Source: Octopus bimaculoides
Taxonomy: Eukaryota
DNA: 64,000 bases
Direction of reading: 5' to 3'
Assembly: GCF_001194135.2 (NCBI RefSeq)
Contig: NC_069002.1
Span: forward strand, 34,454,573-34,518,572
Made by a program: the position numbers and the translations under genes. Positions 41,503 to 53,200 of the stretch are shown in pieces (the first letter of the stretch is position 1; each line of letters opens with the position of its first letter). Below the pieces are notes generated by a model. It did not search any database and was not told the origin of the DNA. It worked only from the letters and a program-made list of their open reading frames with translations.

Positions 41503-42029
41503 CACTCACAAGCGTATAATAGACACAAGCATGTATAGCTGTGTTCAATCATATATTCATGTATGCTTGCTTGTGGAAACACCGATACACAAATAGAATA
41601 GGAGAAACGAGTGTGTCTGTGATGGTATGAATAACTTTGTACGTAGAAGATTATATATAAGTGTATATATGTATGCATATACATATATATATATGTGTGT
41701 GTACGTATGTATGCATGTGTGTGTATATGTATGTATGTATATATATATATACATACATTCACACACACACACTAGCCACACAGCACATACACACAGACAT
41801 ATACATTCGATTGTGTGTCTACATGTATTCTCAAAAGATCGTTTCAGTGTGCTTTGAAGTGGTCTTAACTTTTTTTAAATAAATCTTTTTTTTTTCATCT
41901 GAAAATCTTGTGTCAGTATATATGTATAGTGTGTGCGTATGTACACACACACACACATATATATATATGCTGAGATAGATATGTAGATAGGTATATATAT
42001 GCACTGAGAGAAGGAAAGTAGGGTGATGA

Positions 42030-42066
<37 letters not shown>

Positions 42067-42378
42067 AATACAGGCATTGTTTATATATATATATATACAC
42101 ACATCCTGATAGTGTAGATATGTATTTGTGTGTGTGTGTGCGTGCGTGTGCGCGCGCAAACATAGTCATCGTATCGCAATTCTCCTTTGCTCCATTTTAT
42201 GTTTTTATCTTAAACTGTTTTTTCTTCAACAAAATCGAAAACTGATATTAAATAATATAACTGGGGAAATGTATAAAAAAAAAACCTTTCCAATATGAAA
42301 TAACAGTAATATTTCTCGTGCTGAATTTCTTTATTGTGTTACTATTTTTACATATTACGTTTAGATGTATTTAATATG

Positions 42379-42455
<77 letters not shown>

Positions 42456-43071
42456 CCTGAAAATAGCGGCCACATTTATACACAATGTATATGTGTGAGT
42501 GTAGATGTTTGTGTGTATGTACGTATGAATCTATATGCATGCATGTATAGACATATTTGATTTTTGTATTCAGTCATCACCCATGTGAATAAATGTGTGT
42601 ATACATAGGTGTGTAGAGGTGTGTATATATACAGATATGTGTTTGTTTTCATATCTGTTTTCTATTTTTATAGTCGCTACATACAATGCATATTTGATGT
42701 AAATATATATACATATATATATATATATATATCAGTAACTGAGTGTGTAGTCGTTTTAACTTTTCTTAAATGTCTTCCTTTTCATCCGTGGTATTGAAAT
42801 TGGGGACGGATTCTAGCGGAGATAGGATGTTGTATGACTAGAATTTATTTAATATGTATAATAAAGGATTTGACATTAAATTCGTTTGAAATAACTTGTC
42901 ACCGTACTCGTAACAGATTTAATTTTCGAATAATGTGTGATAGTTTTACACTTCCCATTCTAGACTCCACGTTTCAAGCTTTTGAACTTGATAGTGAACA
43001 TGCTTGAAATAATAACGCGCTAATTGATAATTATAAGGAAGAATGTAAGACAATATTTTGGGCAGCGTGCC

Positions 43072-43875
43072 AGGCAGTGAGCTGGTAGAATCGTTAGGAC
43101 GCTGGGCAATAATCTTAACCGTATTTCATGCGTCTTTATGTTCTCAGTTCACATGCCTTCGAGGTCGACTTTACCTATCATCCTTTCAGGGTCGACAAAT
43201 TGTGAATCAGTTGAACACAGGGGTCGATGTAATCGACTTACTCTCTCCACAAAATTGCAGAGCAGTAGAATGTATAGGACGCCGGGAAAAATACTTCGCG
43301 GCATGTTGTCCGTCTTTAGGTTATGTCTTGAAATGCCGCTGAAGTCGACTTTGCCGTTTATAATTTTGGGGTCGATTAAATGAGTACAAGGTGAACAGTG
43401 AGATCGATGGAAATGAACAACACCGCTACCCAAAATTTGAAAAAAAATTTTTATTCGGCAAAAGACAGTGAGCTGGCAGAATCACTACTGCGCTAGCCAA
43501 AACGTTTAGCATTGTGTTCATCGTTCAAGTTGCACCGTGGTCGACTTTGCATTCCTTCCTTCTGGGGCGATAAAAGTGCGTGCCACGTACTAGGGTCGAT
43601 GTAAACGAAATGTCCTCTGCTCCAAAATTTGTGGCCTTGTGCCAAAAGGTTTAACAAATATTTTAGACGGAACGGTTACCACGCCGGGCAGAATTTTTAA
43701 CAACATATTCTCCATCATTAAGTTGAGTTCAAATACCGTTGAGGTCGATTTTGAATTTCATGTTTTCATACGTCGAAAAGATATGCACCAGCTGAATACT
43801 GGGGATCGATATAATCTACATATGCCCACCTCATTAAAAAAAGAATTACTGGCGTTGTTCAAAAATTTAGTATCA
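43072..43875 (+). mobile_element. Four head-to-tail SINE family A copies (about 43072-43258, 43259-43440, 43463-43660, 43665-43875)
   Basis: Each unit carries the head (GAGCTGG(C/T)AGAATC-like, eroded in units 2 and 4), a (G/A)GTCGA(C/T)TTT core and a GATCGAT/GGTCGAT segment. Confidence 0.85.
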
Positions 43876-44637
43876 ATACTTTAATTAGAAAGATTTTATG
43901 TGATTAATTATGCAATGCTTGTATTTATGATGTACATATAACCACATAGACACAGCACATTGTAGTAGGTAACTACTTGCATAGGTGTATATGTACATGC
44001 TTATCCATACACAAACAAACATAAGCCCGAAGACTACTTCCATGAAGTTTCTAAATCTAGAGGGCAGACACAAGAAACACTGCTGATAAGTTCCAAAGGA
44101 AAATATTTATTAATGCTATACCAAAATTGGAATTATCTCGTTGACTGAAGAAAGTTCTGTTTGACTCTAAACTTAGAATTACGTAGCAGAAATACGAGGG
44201 AAAACCCTGGAGGATATGATCAAAAGGAAATAACAGTGTATTGGGCCGCATGCAATAATATGAACTACATTCAGTGTAATTCGAACATGCTATCAACTGC
44301 GAAAAAAAAATTTAAGTATCTCGTCCAGAATAATTATAACATCCCAGCATATTGAGAGGAAAATCCCAGACCTGTTGGAGTGAATGGGGAAAGTCTGGGA
44401 AGAAAATGGTGATCAGAAACTTACGCCCGACACACTATTAGAATTTTAAGGATAAGCATATCTACACTGTCACAATATCAAAAGATGTATATAAGTCTAC
44501 GCTGAAAGCGAAAAGTAGTCATTCGCTAATAAAGAGATATAGCTAACATGCGGTGACCCCCAAAACAAAACACCGGCACACACAAAGAACATCTGTGTAA
44601 AAAAACCTAGATGCGAACATCTATGCATCTCTATGTG

Positions 44638-44700
<63 letters not shown>

Positions 44701-45248
44701 TTGTGTACAGCTGATGCAACATGCATGTTCATATTTGCATTAAATTGCTCAATAGACATTGTGTCAATCAGATACTCCGGCGTATAATCGGACAATCCTC
44801 TAATAGCGCCTTCTCCAAACAAGACAAAAAAGTATAAGACTATACTTTACTTAATATATATTTGTGTGTGTATCTGTGTGTGTGTGTGGATATATGCTGT
44901 GCATACCCGTTTTTTAAATATAGTACGTTGGTAAATAAATCTATTGTAGTTCGAAGATACCATTATACTGTCTGCCTGATGTTATGTATTTAACAGAATT
45001 TTTATTTATTCGTTTGTTGTAGACTGTATAATCAGTGGATAACATAATCTGTTTATATGGTTTCTCGTTGTATGAATGGCGTTCTTGTTAATGGCACAGA
45101 GTACAAATGCTTTCAGACAATGTAAAACTTTATCTCTATTCACAGTTTTTATTTGTAAACCATGTCCAAAAGACCGCAATTGAACGGCAGGAAAAACACT
45201 TAAATAGCTCCTCATTTGATATTTACGTGTGGATATATCAAAATTAAA

Positions 45249-45630
45249 TGTTGGCACTCCGTCGCGTACGACGTCGAGGGTTCCAGTTGATCCAATCAAC
45301 GGAGCAGCCTGCTCGTGAAATTAACGTGCAAGTGGCTCAGCACTCCACAGACACGTGTACCCTTAACGTAGTTCTCGGGGATATTCAGAGTGACACAGTG
45401 TGACAAGGCTGACCCTTTGAATTACAGGCACAACAGAAACAGGAAGAAAGAGTGAGAGAAAGTTGTGGTGGAAGAGAACAGCAGGGTTCGCCACCATCCC
45501 CTGCCGGAGCCTCGTGGAACTTTAGATGTTTTCGCTAGATAAACACTCACAACGCCCGGTTTGGGAATCGAAACCGCGATCCTATGAACGCGAGTCCCCT
45601 ACCCTAACGACTGGGCCATTGCGTTTCCAC
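45249..45630 (-). mobile_element. SINE family C, full length, 12-bp TSD
   Basis: tRNA-like head (TGGCCCAGTCGTTAGGG, GGTTTCGATTCCC). TSD ATCAAAATTAAA (45237-45248) and ATCAAAATAAAA (45631-45642), 11 of 12 identical. Confidence 0.93.
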
Positions 45631-46200
45631 ATCAAAATAAAATAAAGAGCACTTTAAAACATTCTCTTCATATGTTCTGCTCCTTATCGCATATAAAAGA
45701 AACAATATGCATACATACTTAAACACATATACATACACACACACACGCACGCACATACATATATCATTGCGTCTGTGGAGAGTCATTCCGTTTTAGTGCC
45801 TTATTATTTAACACACACACCGGTTCGATTTCCACTCATTTACGTAGTTATTTTTTCTTAAGATTTCGTTGCGTCTTGCAACCTCTTCAATAGTCGTTGA
45901 CTATGTCCGTTATCAGACTTGCGCTCTTTTTACTTGTCTGTTTGTGCACATGTGTGCGTCAGTGTGTATGTGTATACACATATTTATGTATGTATGTGTG
46001 TTTATGCATGTGTGTGTATGCATATATGTACATTTATATGCATTTATGTATGCATTCTGCATATTCATGTGTCTGTGTCTTCGTTTGTTTGTGTGTGTGT
46101 GTGTGTATACCTGTCTCCTTATTTGTGCATGTTTGCATGTGTCTGTGTGACTATGTACATGTGTCTGTTATATATGGATGTGTGTCTCCGTATGTGTCTT

Positions 46201-46268
46201 TATGTGTGTGTACATTGTCATGTATTTCAGTCTTTATGTGTGTGTACATTGTCATGTATTTCAGTCTT
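46201..46268. repeat. 34-bp tandem duplication
   Basis: TATGTGTGTGTACATTGTCATGTATTTCAGTCTT twice. Confidence 0.9.
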
Positions 46269-46802
46269 CATTTGTGTATATATGTGTGTACGTGTGTGAG
46301 CTTGTCTGTTCGTATTACCTATGTTCCTATCTATCCGTTTATCTATCTTTATACTTGCACATCTATTTACCTACNNNNNNNNNNAAAATTATTAGTTACT
46401 GAATAAAAGCATTACATTTGGGTCAACGACTCAACATACAACAGTCCCCTCAATAAACGGTCATATATAAGAAATACATCAAAGTCCACAAATACATAAG
46501 AAAATATATATAAATAAATAAAATACAACATAAAACGCACAATATAGAAATTTATATATATATTTTTTTCTACTAATAACATACAAATAAATCAAATTAT
46601 ACATTTTTTTATAATTTCAATTCGAATAAAATAAAGCGACTAAAAATTCAAAATAGACAAATAAAGCAAAATAGAAGAAGATAAAATGAAGTAAAATAAA
46701 ATACAATAATAGTCCATCGGCTAAAATACTATATCTGATGACACATCTTTAAAATGACAAAAATATTTTAACATCATTTAAAGTAATATTGGAAAGTCCT
46801 GT

Positions 46803-47128
46803 ACTTACCTCAAGGTACACGTATTAACAGCAGACTTCTATAGGTAAAATCCGTTTCTGCCCACCAAACATACAAAAGTTCATAAAAACCACTGTTCAAA
46901 AACATAGGTCAAAAGACACACAAGCAACAATGGCCATTTCAAGGGTTCACCACCGTAGTCCATGCACGTCATAGTGCAATCCGGTGATGACCCCCTCCTC
47001 GGGGTAACAATTACAAACATACATCAGGACATGCAAAAAAATTTTTTTTTTCATATGACAGGCTTATATAGTCAAGAGGGGAAAACGAGTCCACGTCATG
47101 AAAAAAAAACAAAAAGATTCAAATTGGC
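46803..47128 (-). promoter_or_regulatory. Candidate minus-strand promoter and first exon
   Basis: On the minus strand, in order: CCAAT 47127-47123, TGACGTGG 47098-47091, TATATAAG 47070-47063, then GAG|GTAAGT donor at 46808-46803. Motif order only. Confidence 0.2.
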
Positions 47129-47437
47129 TGTAGTAACTAATGTAATCCTCCAGGTTTCAAATCACCCTGGCGCAGACAAATAATGTTATTTAAATTTATA
47201 TTTTAAATTTTTTTTCTCTATATACCTTCAAGAAAATGGAGGAAAAACCTATGATTGCAGAAGGGGATCACTTCAGTGAATTTAGTTAAAGTTTTCGGCC
47301 CAAACAACCCAAGTATAGTGAAGGATTCCCTAATACACAATAGACATTTGCTAATATTTGCTCTAAAATAAGGGGCTCTCGATACAAAAACCATTCAAGA
47401 GAGTATTTCTTATTTTTCTTCTTAAGGTCGTGTACAT

Positions 47438-47685
47438 AGGATGAGGCAAAGTCGACCGCGGCGGAATCTGAACTCAGAACGTAACGGCAGACGAAATACG
47501 GCTAAGTATTTCACCCGGCGTGCTAACGTTTCTGGCAGCTCACCGCCTTAAACCTTTCTAATATTGGCACAGCACTTGACATTTTGGATAACAGACAATG
47601 TCGAATACATAGCCCCGCTCACCAGTGCTCGTCTGCTTTTATTTTATTTTATCAGCTTTGATGAGATAAAATGCAAAGTCGACCT
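47438..47685 (-). mobile_element. Two adjacent SINE family A pieces (47438-47550; 47553-47685 running into a gap)
   Basis: GGCAAAGTCGACCGCGGCGGAATCTGAACTCAGAACGTAACGGCAGACGAAATAC..CAGCTCACCGCCTT, then a 3' part ending ATGCAAAGTCGACCT. Confidence 0.88.
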
Positions 47686-48050
47686 NNNNNNNNNNNNNNN
47701 NNNNNNNNNNNNNNNNNNNNNNNNNNNNNNNNNNNNNNNNNNNNNNNNNNNNNNNNNNNNNNNNNNNNNNNNNNNNNNNNNNNNNNNNNNNNNNNNNNNN
47801 NNNNNNNNNNNNNNNNNNNNNNNNNNNNNNNNNNNNNNNNNNNNNNNNNNNNNNNNNNNNNNNNNNNNNNNNNNNNNNNNNNNNNNNNNNNNNNNNNNNN
47901 NNNNNNNNNNNNNNNNNNNNNNNNNNNNNNNNNNNNNNNNNNNNNNNNNNNNNNNNNNNNNNNNNNNNNNNNNNNNNNNNNNNNNNNNNNNNNNNNNNNN
48001 NNNNNNNNNNNNNNNNNNNNNNNNNNNNNNNNNNNNNNNNNNNNNNNNNN

Positions 48051-48165
48051 TGCTGGTGCTGATGATGATGTTGGCGGTGGTGGTGGTGGTGATGGTGGTG
48101 ATGGTGGTGGTGGTGATGATGGTGGTAATGGTGGTGGTGGTGGTGGCGGTGGTGATGAATGTGTT
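48051..48165. repeat. (GGT/GAT)n trinucleotide tract
   Basis: Directly visible. Confidence 0.95.
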
Positions 48166-50094
48166 GATGTTGTTTAAAAAAATATTTAGGTGTACCACCA
48201 CTACCACCTCTAAGAAGGCATGCTGCATCATCAGCAAAACCATACGAGTATCTAATGGAATCAACTGACCACTTGCATCACAGGATGTCTGCTTAGAATA
48301 ATAGAAAAGAACATATATTTAGCAATAGACAATTTGACTTCACAGTCATAATTAACGGTACTGCTGTGTGTGAGGAGTAGTCTATCGGTAACGTAAGAGT
48401 ATGTCGAATGCTTGTCGGATAATTGTTGCTTGCGGTCAAATGACATCACCTCCTGTATTGAAAGGAAGACAGCAGTAGGTGGAAGTTAAAGTAATCGTAA
48501 AAAGAGGTTGTTCAAATGAAGGATAGTTAAGACGAAAAGGGGAAAATTATAGCTAGAGAATATACACAGATCTTCACACATTTCATGATCAGTGGGCCCT
48601 CAATATTGCAGCAATCCTACCGGGCGATAACGGTCGGGGCGCTATATAAACTTTCCAGCATATGAAACAATTTCAGAGGTCACTTGTTTTGGTGTTAAAC
48701 CAAATGTAAAATGTGAAATATTCGGAACATGTTTATGGTCGATATACATAGACCAGAAGAAACAAAAACTACGCTCAAGTATCTATTGATGTAATTTGAA
48801 GCAACATGTTAACTTAACTAGTTAGACCTTACAAGATGGATGAGCTGTTTAACTGCCTTGAACAGCAAGAGGTTAGCAATAAATTTTGTAACTAATGTTT
48901 GATTAACTAAGTAGTTCTAGATTGATAAAAAATATAAGTCATCTTACATTAGGAAACTTCTGTCGAATAACTAAATTACAGAGACAGAGTTATATTTTTT
49001 CTGGCTGTCGCTAGCACACAAATTTGAGCCTGAATATAATAGATATAATCGAAGGATAACATCATGATCAACATTATCAATAACAGAAAGGCTGCCGGGG
49101 CAGCTACACTTGGTCGTGTAACTTATTATAAATAACAGCCAAATTCCTTCAAATTACAATCTACAGAATGAAAAAGATGTCTGTCCGTGTCAAACAAGCA
49201 CACAAGGTGGACATGGCTGAAATAGTTTTAATTATATATCAGCCGCAGCACTATGATTGGTAGATCAGCCTGCAGCAGAAACAAGAACAAAAACTACTGA
49301 GGCGAACACCAACGATAATATCAACAACATTGACATCTTGAAAAGTAACGACATCATGAAGGAGAGCAAACTCGTAAACAACAAAAATAACAACAGCAAT
49401 AATAACTACAAGACTTTAAAGAGAAACGATACATAGAACAATATTTAAAGAAATATTTATGGAAAATGTTACTTTGTTTTCGGCAAAAATAACAGACGAT
49501 GTGCGAAACCCTATCCAAGCAGAATTGATGAGAAAAAAAAAGAAGGAAAACCAACATAAACCCATCGAGTTGACAATGATTGAAGACATTACAAGACTTT
49601 ATTTACAATGTAGCAAACCAGCTTTCTCTCAAATATATTTCTTGTTTATATTCCATTTTCGTGACCATCAAAGCAATATCTTGGGAATATAAAGAAAATA
49701 AATAGTTTTACACATATCTGCAAATACTAAAATAGATTTTTAAAAAAATGAAGTAGAATAGAAATGTAACGAAAATAAAAGGAAATATCTGCAAACTAGG
49801 AGAAACGGAAACATGGATATGAAGGAAAATAGGAAACAATAAAATTGCCAATCTACAACAGATTATTGGATATGTTTGGATAGTTAAAGCGTAAGAAGAT
49901 AAACAGCTTTAGCCATCACACCATGTAAGAACGTGATATAACAATGACAAAAATTTGTGTTCAGAAACAACAAATTGAGATCACTTCACTACAAGTTATT
50001 AACTCTCTGGCAATATATTAAAATGTACATCAAAAACTCTCCAGGAAAATAATACGAGAATGAGTAGGATCCAAGGGAACAACTTTAACAACTA

Positions 50095-50400
50095 GGAAAT
50101 CTGGATATTATTAAAGTAGCTGATTAGAAAAATGGATATGGATATATGAACCATATATAAAATTTATTAGAAAGATCGATATGCATCAAGCAGAGGAGAT
50201 TTAAGCACGTAGTCAGGGCTTCATCGAGTGATGAGATTACGGAAGGAAAAGCAGGATCATTGGCGACAGCCGCCTCCAAATAAGGAGGTACCGTAGACTG
50301 AATTGAACAGGCATAATGGGAGAAGGGGCGTGCTAAACTGGGCGACAGATTAATTTGCCGAATAAGGACAACAGGGCATCTCTCATTAAGTAGGAAGGTG
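50095..50400 (+). mobile_element. Probable RTE-type LINE 3' end relic
   Basis: LDIIKVAD*KNGYG/NHI..RPPN..RTTGHL-like fragments recall the RTE C-terminal region. Very decayed. Confidence 0.3.
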
Positions 50401-51760
50401 TCTGAATGTAAGCTCAAAAGAATTTCTCTAGACACAATGAACTAATTAGAGTTCGCGTCATCACAATTTATTTCGATATGTCAGCTTTGACTTGTTCTAA
50501 TATAGTAGAACCACTAATAGGGAAACAACACACACACGCACACACACTCTCACACGAGCGTCTCAAAACGTACGTTTTAAAACAAGTACTTCATTGTAGA
50601 GGATTTGAATAAAGAATAGCATGGATTCTATTCTCTGTCCCTAATCCATTTATATAAGCTGAAGTGACACAAACGACTTCTGGACGTAGAGCATGTAGCA
50701 TATGCATCGCGTCTGTTGGTGACACCAAATAGCCACAAACAGGACGTGCTTTACACAGCTTCCTACAAGGTTTCTACCAGTATATAATTTAACTATTATA
50801 TATATATATATNNNNNNNNNNACTCACTCTGACTTACTCTAATGTGGATTTTAATGTGCACTATTAAGAGAGTAATCGAAAAAGAATGAAATAAAATCAA
50901 ATCAATCACATACAATTTCTAAAAGGCTTTAAATGAACGTAGACCAAGTAGTTTCATACTTTATTGAGGAGCTCCAATAAGACCGAAATAACATCATTTG
51001 CAGCTTCTAAGTCTCTCAAAATGAGAAAAAATAATGAAATTATATGGAAATATTATTTCATATTTCTTCTCTCTGATAAGAAAGACCTTTTGCGATTATA
51101 ATAAAGCAAACACGAATAAAATATATTATAAAACCTAAGCAGTTCTCTCCCCTTAAACGTAAACTGCAGCACATCCTACTTTTTTCTGAGTAAACTCTCT
51201 CCATTTCTCTCCGTTTCTCAGAAAACTGTTGTAAGCGAAAGCACCAATAGTTGCCACTAGAAATGTCCCATATATAGATATTGTGAAATGTATATACATC
51301 TCTTTCAAAAGACGTTTATATATTTTATATCTGGGACGAATTTATACATCTTCAGTAATTTTACATTTGTATGTGCCAGGATCAAATTCTGAAAAGATCA
51401 ATGGATATAAATAATGCATGCGTCGCGCAAATTTCCTCTTTTGATGAGTTATTTTCGACATCCCCAATTTTTGTTTCTGCAGAGTGTAATACAAATATGT
51501 AATTCTAGAAACATATTTTAGGAAAGCCTTTCAATTAGTAAATGAAACACATACACTGTCGCATTCAGTCCGTAAAATGACTATAAATTGGACTTTAGTG
51601 CTGTAGAATTGTCTTGCTATATTTACATCATTCGTAGCTGAATTGTAGTACTTCACATTCATAGAAACATGCCTTCGTGCATAGCTATCTCTCTACCTTT
51701 TCTCCCTTCTCTCTCTCTTTCTGTTTATATATATAAATACATGGATAGAGATAGATAGAC

Positions 51761-51791
<31 letters not shown>

Positions 51792-52759
51792 AAGATAGAT
51801 AGATAGATAGATAGAGGTGTATATGTGTGTCAGCTTACATGTATGCATAATATTCTCTACCCTACCTATCTTACACTATATCCTCAAAGCGACACAGACA
51901 CATGTTTTAAGAAGAGGGCGGAGACGGAATCAGCAGAAGAGACCACAGCACTATAGCATTCATTCCAAGAAGATGTTATCGATCGTTAATTAGCAGAATA
52001 TATAAAAGTATTCACTTGTACAAAGTAATATTGGCATAACATTATCACCAATTTCTCTTCATCTAATCGATAGCTAATAGAAGAACGAATAAAATAACTT
52101 AAAATTGTAATATTAATAATTCAATCTTTGTTTTATATTTGGGTATTTTTTAATATTATTTTGAAGTTATATATTTTCTTGTTATTCATCTCTGATAAAA
52201 AAAAAAATCGAAAATCGTAGAAAGTATGAAAAACAGAAGTAGGAAAAACTTAATGAAATAGAAGCGATGCAAAAATTAATTCCAAAATGCAAATTATTTT
52301 GTCAAAAATATTTTTTAAAAACCTATAGTTTAGTTAATTAAATATCTTTCCCTATGTACATAAATCTACTTACATATAGAGAAAACAATGAAAAATATAA
52401 ATAATAATGGTATGAATAATAAATATTAAAACAATTATATCTGGACGATATGATATGAGTAATAATTAATGCCTCGTTAATAATATGACGTGGTTTTCTT
52501 TTAGATGTTTTATAGTTCATTAATTTTTAATGAATACATGAAATCTGTAATATGATCCTACATAAGTCAATACACTCTCGCAATATCGACAATTTACGTT
52601 GATAGCTTATTAAGGAAAGCGACTTAATTAATTTGAATGATGTTTTATTTGTGAGTTTATTTGACTTTAAGCGCACTCTGTTTTGTTTTTCAACAATTTT
52701 AAATTGAATTTATTTTAGGATGTATTTCAGGTATACGTTTCTCGGTTACCTGCCATAAT

Positions 52760-53200
52760 CTTATAAGGTACACAAGCATTCATTTATATATCGTGAATAA
52801 ACCACATATTTTTATCGGAGTCATCGTATACTCATCTGAAATACCTGGCGGCTGTCAATTGACTTGTCAGTTTTAGAATGTTTCAGATAGAACAACAAAG
52901 ATATACATGTTTCTAATTCAGGAGCTAATACGAGCCAATTGAGTGCAGGAAGACATTTTACCTATCACAACACCAACGGACGCATCCTACTACATTTCTC
53001 TAATCACTAGAATCACAAAGCGCTTTCTCTCTCTCCATTAATAAAGGTGCATACATTTGACGAGTGTATGCCTACCGTATATACCCGCCTTGCATTCGAT
53101 GTCATAATTCCTTGACATTGTACTTAATATGTCGAACATTTGGCTGATAACTATAGGCTTTTCTTTACGAGATCATTCATTACATTAGTTGAAAAATACA
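52760..53200 (-). mobile_element. Probable Penelope-like GIY-YIG region relic
   Basis: Minus-strand AYSYQPNVRHI (53158-53126), followed by frameshifted (C)PL and GK/CL pieces near 52985-52950, parallels the SYSC.PN and CPL.GKC motifs of the 60388 element. Confidence 0.3.

Noticed and set aside
47645-47665. 13-nt match to the 3' part of miR-2 (CAGCTTTGATGAG); similarly AGATCCGAATTTG (miR-10) near 61005
   Set aside because: No seed and no precursor hairpin; the first lies inside a SINE.
48261-48460. Strong minus-strand acceptor followed by a 63-codon open frame
   Set aside because: No homology and no convincing donor; insufficient evidence.
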